Positions 56,801 through 64,000 of a DNA stretch of 64,000 nt are shown piece by piece. Within the stretch, counting starts at the first letter, position 1; every line of letters starts with the position of its first letter. The translations under genes and the position numbers were made by a program. The notes under the pieces are model-generated. The model did not search any database. It was given only the letters and a program-made list of their open reading frames with translations, and was not told the DNA's origin. Source of the stretch: Hyaloraphidium curvatum SAG 235-1 (taxonomy: Eukaryota > Fungi > Monoblepharomycota); assembly GCA_025558095.1 (NCBI GenBank), contig JAIVFI010000027.1, positions 434,001-498,000 of the forward strand, read 5' to 3'.

Positions 56801-57339
56801 GGTACGGGCGACGATGTTCTGCAGCGTGTCAGGGACAGGTCAGGGCGACGCACAGCCGCTTGCCATGCCAAACGAACCCCGACAATGTTTGCGACAAAAG
56901 TCGAAGGGAGTGCGAGAAGCCGGGTCCGAGAGTCCACGCCGACGAGAAACCCGATGGCTACGGCGTTGGGGATCCAAAGCGACGAGAACTCAAGGCGATA
57001 ATAGATGGTAAAGGAGACGACCATGGCAGCGCAGTAGACGAAGAGAATTCCGGCGAGCCATAGGACCTGCATGAGCCCGTCGCGCTCAATGAGATCGAAG
57101 AGGCGCTCGCTCCGCAGACGACCAACCGAGGTTCCCCAGGGCGAGCAGCGACCAGTCCCGGTAGCGACGTCCGCAGAGGGCGGCAAGAGTCCCACACAGC
57201 GGAGAACTGTGCCACAAATCTCGGTCTTCGTGCCCGAGAAGAGCTTCGCGATGTCCGACGTCCATGAGGAGCCAGGCGACGCAGCGCTTCCGCCCGACCC
57301 TCCAGACGACGGGCTCGACGCGCTTTCGAGAGGCTCCAT
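53858..57339 (-). CDS. Hybrid histidine kinase: MASE1-like membrane sensor, HisKA, HATPase and receiver; multiple introns
   Basis: Transmembrane region with LWIPNAVA. H-box FLCHEL-RNPL; N-box [15 protein letters not shown]; DTGIGI; GGSGLGLSI. Receiver TDD...FMDL-VMPVMDG...KPF. Confidence 0.92.
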
Positions 57340-57689
57340 GGCCCGTGCCTGAGCGTCTCCGACCGGGAGGGGGACTGTCGCGTGGGGGGAGAAAGGGCGA
57401 CCGAGTCGGAAAGCACACAATCCCCGCCAGGATCGATCGAAAAGCCCGCGGCCACCGCAACTTGCACAATGTTGCATCATCGAGGCCAAATTCATGCATA
57501 GTCGGTGCAGGAAGAGTCAACCGAATGGTCGGACCGCACCTGATGGTCACCCATAAATGGATCGTGTCGGCGAAGGTGCCTCACATCTGCCGGACATCAT
57601 AAAGTGCAATGTCCGCCGGACGGTGGTGTCCATGACAAAGAAGTGCATTTCGCAAGGCATTATCTACACGTGAGCGGCGCACCGGTGGG

Positions 57690-60216
57690 CTACAACTTCG
57701 CCTTCCCCGCAATGATCGTCCGATACAGATTCGCCGTCAGCGGCACGTAGCCCGTTCCTTCCTCGTAGAAGTAGAGAGGCTCGGAAAGCGTCGTTGGGTC
57801 GAAGCCTGACCGGATTCCGTTACTCTCGGTCTCGTGGTGGCCGGGGAGCGGATCACCCACCTTCTTTTTGCGCCTGCGCCTTCGTGTACTTGAACGTCAC
57901 CGTGCTCGTCGCCTCGAAAGTCTCAAAGATCCTCATGAAGCGAGGCACGGCGTATGCCGGCAATTCCTTGCCGCAGTACTTTCCGAGTTCGACCATGGCC
58001 TCGTCCCTCCGCGACCGCTCCTCGGGCTTGAGGATCAGCGCCGCCATGCCCGCGCGGCCGTCTTCGCGGCCGGGGACGGTGACTCCGTAGACGTTGCAGT
58101 CCTGAACCACGGGGCAGCTGAGGATGACGTCGCGGACCTCCCTGCCGGGACAAGGAAGTCAGCGACAGGAGCACGACTGGAATGGCGAGCTTACTGACAT
58201 CGTGCTCACGTTCTCCCCCTTCCACCTGAAGGTATCGCCAAGTCTGTCGACGAACCAAAAGAAGTTGTCGTTGTCCCTCATGAGCAGATCGCCAGTCCGG
58301 ACCCAGATGTCATTCGGCTCGAACGCATCGCGCAGGAACTTCTTGTTGGTCGCTGAAAGAAGGAAGAACGTCAACGAGGGCAACGTTGTAGGGTTTGCAG
58401 TCCCGTACCTTCCTCGTTCTTATAGTAGCTGAGGCGGCGGCGATCAGCCTTGATGCAGATGTAGCCGACCGACTCACCCAAGGAAGTTGTCGTTGATCAG
58501 CCGCCCGACGCACTCGCCCGGCTCTCCCGGTTTGCACTCGATGCAGAATCCGGTCTTGGGATCCCGGACGATTTGCTCCGTGTTGGGGTCGATCCGGATG
58601 AGTCTCGGGTATGCGGCCTTGTTGATCCAGCGCATCAGAGGTCCTTGGAAGCCCACGGCGCCCGGCTTGTTCCAAAAGCTGCGAAGAGCGGTCAGCGGTG
58701 CAGAGCGGCCCTCAAACGCAGGCACGCACTTGAACATGGAGACGTTGCCCTCGCTGGCCCCGAAAAGCTCAATGACCCTGACGCCAAAACGGTCCTGGAA
58801 GGCGGTCCATATGTCCGGTCGGACGCCGTTGCCCGTGCATACCCGGACTTGATGAGCCCGGTCGTACTTCGAAGGAGGCGAGAGGCAGAGGAAGCGGATG
58901 AACTCGCCTACCTGTGGAGCCGGTCGTTAGCAGGCGGCAAAAGCACAGGAAACGGAAGAACCCGTACGCACGTAAGGAAACGAGTTCACCCCAGCTGGAC
59001 TCGGAGTGAGTATGAAAGCCTCCTGGTACCGAGGCCAAACTCACTTTGCGCGCAGAAAGCAAAGAAGTTGGACGCCGAGAAGCGTCTGGTGATGCAGAGT
59101 GTGGTTCCGAGCATGTAGGAGAGGTGAAGGACAATTCCTCTGTCGAACACCGGCCTGTGAGCCTGCCTCTTGCGTTGTCAGGCGAAGCGCTTACCCGTTG
59201 GAGTGGAACAGCGGTCCAACGGCGTACATGCGGTCCGTCTCCCGGAAGATGTCCATGTAGTGCATGCCGATGAGGGTCGAAAGCCGTCCGTGGCTTTGCG
59301 TCGCCGCCTTTGGCAGCCCGGTAGTGCCCGAAGTGTAAACCAGCTCGGCCACGGAGCCCCATTCGATGCCCTTGCGCATCTCGCGGGGGATCTCGGCCGC
59401 AGCCAGATCGGGGTACCTCGTTCGGAGGTCCGCGTCGGTCACGTACGAGCACGGAAAGGAGAACCGGGAGGCGACGGGGGGATCCGAGTAGCACACGAGC
59501 TTGGTGCCGCGCTCCGCGAAGAAGTCGGCGACGTCCGCGACCCGCGATTGGAGCACGGGTTCGAAAACGAGGATGTTGGCACCGGAGACGTTGATCGAAT
59601 GGGTGAATACGCGACCTAGAACCCAGGCAGTGAGAAGCTTTCAGTCGAAACTCTGAGGAGAGCTCACCGGCCTGCTGGTAGTTCTGGAAAGCGACCCCGC
59701 ACCCAATGAGCCAAGCTGCCAGCATCACCAGGACGAACTGGGGCGTGTTCTCGTTCAGCGACGCGATCATGTCGCCCGGCTTGGCCCCGTGCTCGTCAAT
59801 GAGGTAGCGCGCTAGGCGGTTAGACGCCTCGAACGCCTGCCGGTAGGTGACGACCACGTTCTGTCCGTTCCCCGGCTGCTCCTGGAAGATGATGAAGGGA
59901 TGCTCGGGCTTCCGCTTTGCCGACAAAAGGAAGTCTTCCACGCGGCTGAACCGTCCTTCGGCCACGAGCGCGGCCACGCTGGGAGAGCCCGCGTCAGATG
60001 GTGGCTATCGAGAGGTGGAAAAAGCGCACTAGTCCTGGGTCTTCTTGCCGACGCGGAGCTGGAACAGATCCTTCGACAGGCCAACGCGCTCTGCGAGAAA
60101 GTGTCAACAATGGCGGCCTCGGAACGCGTTCAGCGACGTGACCGACGGTCCAAAGCGAGCATGCCTAAGCCCGCCGCGGCACCGGCGAGCCCGGCCATCG
60201 CCGCGGCGGACGGCAT
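57690..60216 (-). CDS. FAT1: Very-long-chain acyl-CoA synthetase / fatty acid transport protein, many introns
   Basis: [72 protein letters not shown]. Confidence 0.93.
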
Positions 60217-60695
60217 CGTGTGCGTTTAGCTCCGGAAGTTTGGGAGACGTGGTTCGCGCTTTGCCACCTGGCACTGCCACGAACTCGTGCTCCTCATCCA
60301 AGGCTACGACGGCGCGATCAGCTCCATCCGTCCTTTTTTCGTCGTTAAAGCTTCCTTATGCTTCGCGGCATAGTGTTCGGGGCTCAATAGCTGCCAGCTC
60401 TTGTTGTCCGCCTCTCCCTGCGATCCTCGTCACCATTGGTCGATCTGCAGTGTGATCGCGGAGAGGCACTTCATGATGCTATAGTGACATCGGCCCTGAT
60501 TCCGTCTACGGTCATTTCCGGGGTATTCGCAGCGCAACGCCAAGGATTTGAGGAGGCGGGTCAGCGGGGCCTGCGGTTTTTGGGCCTCGCCGAACCCTCC
60601 ACAACCTGACCTTTCTTGCCCGCGGTCACAGCGGTCTCTGCGGCCGCAGCACCGGAAACCGCAGCGTCTCGTACCACGCACCCCGAGCCGGCGGA

Positions 60696-61884
60696 ATGGG
60701 CAGCCGCGGGGCGCCGCCGGCCGCGCCGCCGCCGACGGCCGCCACCCCGCACCACGGCGCGTACCACCGGCCGGACCTCTCCGACGCGGAAATCTACGAA
60801 CACGGACGCCACCGCCGGAAGCATTACACCGACAGAAAGATCCTCGGCAGCGGCGCCGAGGGCACCGTCAAGATCGCGCTCGCGGCGTCGGGGGAGAAGG
60901 TGGCAGTGAAGAGCATGGTCAAGCCGCCGCTGCCCAAGGGCGTCGACAAGGTGTTTGGGCGGCTCACCGGGGCGGCCAAGAAAGCGGCCGACGCGAGGGC
61001 CGAGTTCGAGCGGGGGCTCCGGCAGCGCATCAGCGCGATGAAGCAGCACAACAACCATCCCCATCTTCCCGTCTATCTGGAGTTTTTCGAAACAGAGGAC
61101 AAGTTCTACATCGTCTCGCAAGTCTGCCGGGGCGGCGACCTGGGCAAGTACATCAAGGACCGCGGCGGGTACCTCCCCGAGGACGAAGCTCTCTACATCA
61201 CGACCACGCTCTTGAGGACGCTGGCATATCTCCACGACCACGGAATTACCCACCGGGACCTGAAGCCGTCCAATATCTTCTTCTACCGCAAGAACGACCT
61301 CGATTCCATCCGTATAGCGGACTTTACGGGGGCGTTCATTGACGAGACCGTTTCGGCAGCGGTGTCGTACGACGACGGGCCCCTGGATCCGGCGGCGTTT
61401 GCCAAGCCGTCGGGGAAGATGATGATCGCGCTGACCGGGACGCCTTTCGTGAGTTACAATTGCCTTTTGCGAGTCGCACTGCCCTAATCGGCTGCCACTT
61501 TAGTACCTCGCGCCCGACGTGATCCGCGGCACCGGCTACACCTCCAAGGTGGACGTCTGGTCCCTCGGCTGCGTGGCCTACGAGATGCTCTTTGGCGAGA
61601 CCCCCTTCGCCTTCTCCCCGGACGTCGCCGCCCTCTTCCGGCGCGTCCTCGCTGGGGACTACCACATCCCCGCCGGACACCCGAACGCCATCTCCGAAGA
61701 AGCCGTCTCGTTTGTGAGGGGGCTGCTTCAGGTCGATCCCGCGAGGAGGCCGTCGGCGGGGGAGGCGCTGCGGCATCCGTGGATCGTGGGGGCGCAGGAC
61801 CCGCAGAAGCACATGAAGAGGGTGTTTTCGGGCGTGGAGGTGTTCATCCGCGCCGACTCGGGGGAGCTGACGACGGCGTGGTGA
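60696..61884 (+). CDS. CAMK-like Ser/Thr kinase, 1 intron
   Basis: GSGAEG, VAVK, HRDLKPSN, DFT(G), GTPF-YLAPD, DVWSLG, RRPSAGEALRHPW. Intron at 61449-61503. Confidence 0.9.
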
Positions 61885-62021
61885 TGAAGGTGTTTGGGCA
61901 TGAGCTGGATCGTCGAACTTCGTCTCTGTCGGAATGTCTAGTATGTGCATGTGCCAACGCGGCCAAAGGAGAATGGAACGCCTCGAAAACAACACATCCA
62001 TCCATTGCCCGAACGGAACGA

Positions 62022-62793
62022 TTACACCTTTGCCTTGACATCTGCCCCGCGCTCGCTGATGAAGGCGCTGTCCATCCCCATGCCGACCTTTTCCTTGTCC
62101 AGCGGGAAGATGTGCCCGCCCTGCACCGCCTTGCGGAGCTTGCGCGCGGCCCCGACCTTGGAGAGGTGGGCGTGCGACGCCATGACGTCCGAGACTGAGA
62201 AGGTGATCCCCCAAAGGCGGGGAATGGGGGATTGGGGCTTGACCTTGGGATCCGAGCCGTCCGGGCCGACGACTGGAAGGAGCGTGGCGATCTTGAGAAG
62301 CAGAAAAGATCCAAAAGAAGGCAGACAGCCCACCTTCGATGATGCAGCCGTCGTCCAGGCGGAAGAAGGCAAACTCCAGCCCCGGCCTGTTCCGAACTGC
62401 GCCCCTCCGCCTCGGCTTCAACCCCAGCTCCTTCGAAAAGGCATCGACGACCGTGCCGACGTGGGGCGTCTGGACGACGGCGTGGTCCACCCCCGTGGCA
62501 TAGTTGGGGTGCTTCTCCGGGGCACGCGTGGGCATGGTTCCGGTGACGCGGACGTCCAGTCCTGCCACGTCGTGCCGCGTCTCGCCCGGTGGCGCGCCCT
62601 CGCGGTACATCAGCCAGCGCAGCACGGGGTACGACGCGTCCGGGGCGGCAGAACGGCCCGCAAGGACAAAGTCCGTGTCGCCCACGCGGCACACGCCGTC
62701 GGGCGAAACGGAGAAGCCGGCCGCGCGCCATGCCGACGCGTCGTCGGCGACGGCGATCGCGAGGAGCCGCGATGCGGGCGCCGTGCGGGGCAT
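62022..62793 (-). CDS. VOC/glyoxalase-family protein, 1 intron
   Basis: HPN...VDHAVV, FAFFRL...IIEVVG, LWGITFSVSD, RKAVQ.G, AFISE. Confidence 0.75.
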
Positions 62794-62874
62794 TATGGTT
62801 GGATCGATGCGAGCCAGGTGCCGACGCGCGGCGGCGACGCCCGTCCCCACCCTTTCAACCTCACTCTTGCTGCG

Positions 62875-64000
62875 ATGTCGGACAACATGACCGGGTCGCC
62901 GGGTGCTGCAGGCGTTGGCGCTGCTGCCGAAGAAGCCGCGCCTTTGCCGCCGACCGTCGCTGCGGACGCGGAGGCTCCGCTCGAAGACTCTTCCCCCGAC
63001 GACCTGGTCGTGAACGTTCCCCCGCTCCCCAACGAGCTCATTTCTTCGGTTATGGAGATCCTCGGCCGCCGCAACTGGAAGCACAGCCTGCTGGAGTTCA
63101 TGCTGGCTAGCAAGCGGTGCTACGTCCTCGGGCTGCGGGAGCTCGCGGGCGACCTCGTCCTCGGCCCGCGCGAAGGTTTCGGACCGGAAAAGCTCGAGCT
63201 GCTGGCCCGCGGATACGAGTACGCCGGCGAGCCTGTGCCGCGCCTCGTCAAGAAGCTCAAGATCGCGCCTGGGATCACCTGGTCGGCCAAGAGGCTGAAG
63301 GTGCTGCGAAAGATCCTCGTCGGTGTGGAGCGTTTCGAGTACGAGTCGCACGGGGCCAAGATCATGAAGACGATTTGGAATCTGTTGGAGGGTGCCCGGG
63401 AGCTCACATGGGTGAAGCTGGCCCTCTACCAGGACGCCGCAGAAGGTTTCGACGGCACTTCGCGGTTCCCACCATCCGTTCGCGACCTCGTGCTTTCCCT
63501 TTCTGACTTTTGGAACAAGGCGGCCCGGCAAAGGCGCTATGCTGACACGTCTGCGCTGCGGAATATGATCATGGAGCGGGCGCCGAACCTCCAGAGGCTC
63601 CACTTTGCGGGGGTTGAGCTGCTCAAAGATTGCGACTGGATCTCGTGCCCTGGTATCCGCAACAAGCTGTTTACGATCAAGAGCGGCTTCGACGATGTCG
63701 TACCATTCGCAAACGTACCAGGTTTCCGCATTCCTCATCTCCGTCTGGATTCCTGGTCAAACGTGCTCTTCAACTGGGACCTCGTCTTTCGCCTGGGAGT
63801 CGAGCATCTGGAGACCGCATCCTTATGGCAGCACGATTTTCAGAGCCTCATCTTTGCGCCTGGAACACCTCGTGCCGTGAAACGCTTCGTGATACGGCGC
63901 AACGAGTCCAGCACCCCACTTGGACTCGACGACATCTTTGCGCGGATCAGGACCCGTCTGGCAGCGGCGGACATTGGAGAGCTCATCGTAGTCTTCCGCA
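62875..64000 (+). CDS. F-box-like protein (runs off the window end)
   Basis: ATG at 62875 with a frame that appears open to the end. PPLPNELISSVMEIL...LLEFMLASKRCY is F-box-like, followed by degenerate LRR-like segments (APNLQRL). Confidence 0.7.
   Translation, partial: MSDNMTGSPGAAGVGAAAEEAAPLPPTVAADAEAPLEDSSPDDLVVNVPPLPNELISSVMEILGRRNWKHSLLEFMLASKRCYVLGLRELAGDLVLGPREGFGPEKLELLARGYEYAGEPVPRLVKKLKIAPGITWSAKRLKVLRKILVGVERFEYESHGAKIMKTIWNLLEGARELTWVKLALYQDAAEGFDGTSRFPPSVRDLVLSLSDFWNKAARQRRYADTSALRNMIMERAPNLQRLHFAGVELLKDCDWISCPGIRNKLFTIKSGFDDVVPFANVPGFRIPHLRLDSWSNVLFNWDLVFRLGVEHLETASLWQHDFQSLIFAPGTPRAVKRFVIRRNESSTPLGLDDIFARIRTRLAAADIGELIVVFR

Noticed and set aside
61336-63738. Very long antisense or alternative-frame ORFs (e.g. 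61336-63738, 912-3596, 19676-21445)
   Set aside because: These are shadow ORFs of GC3-rich genes with Arg/Pro/Gly-rich translations. Only the internal VOC exon is real.

Overview
GC-rich, gene-dense eukaryotic nuclear DNA with short GT-AG introns (mostly about 50-100 nt). A Zn2Cys6 transcription factor indicates a fungus. The GC level, hybrid histidine kinase and F-box orphan fit an early-diverging (chytrid/monoblepharid-like) lineage, which is inference only. About 25 protein genes are readable: alpha-kinase 3' end, vWA protein, epoxide hydrolase, TKL kinase, PP2C, cytochrome c heme lyase, carotenoid oxygenase, mitochondrial carrier, CBS protein, arylformamidase-like hydrolase, UvrD helicase-nuclease fusion, SNF2/RAD5-like ATPase, GFA, AKTIP-like E2 variant, CPBP protease, LRR protein, eIF5A-derived protein, Zn2Cys6 factor, cyclophilin, MASE1 hybrid histidine kinase, FAT1, CAMK, VOC and F-box. 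An accessory block of about 12.5 kb (about 6.2-18.8 kb) holds gene fragments and a young, full-length 8,465-bp Ty3/Gypsy LTR retrotransposon (8341-16805) inserted in an ABCG pseudogene fragment. The element is unusual. It has a 4-bp TSD, a tRNA-Tyr-type PBS that can also pair with the first 17 nt of U3, an A_AAA_AAC -1 frameshift site, and a chromodomain integrase. After pol it carries two divergent extra ORFs whose start codons overlap in one CATG; the antisense one encodes a BED-type zinc finger. Other highlights: a possibly mitochondria-targeted AddA/RecB-like helicase-nuclease, a half-eIF5A with an altered hypusine loop and an acidic tail, a 90-bp nad4 NUMT, and a GTGGG-dominated splice-donor pattern. 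No rRNA, tRNA gene or CRISPR array was seen. All assignments come from motif recognition by eye; no searches were run.
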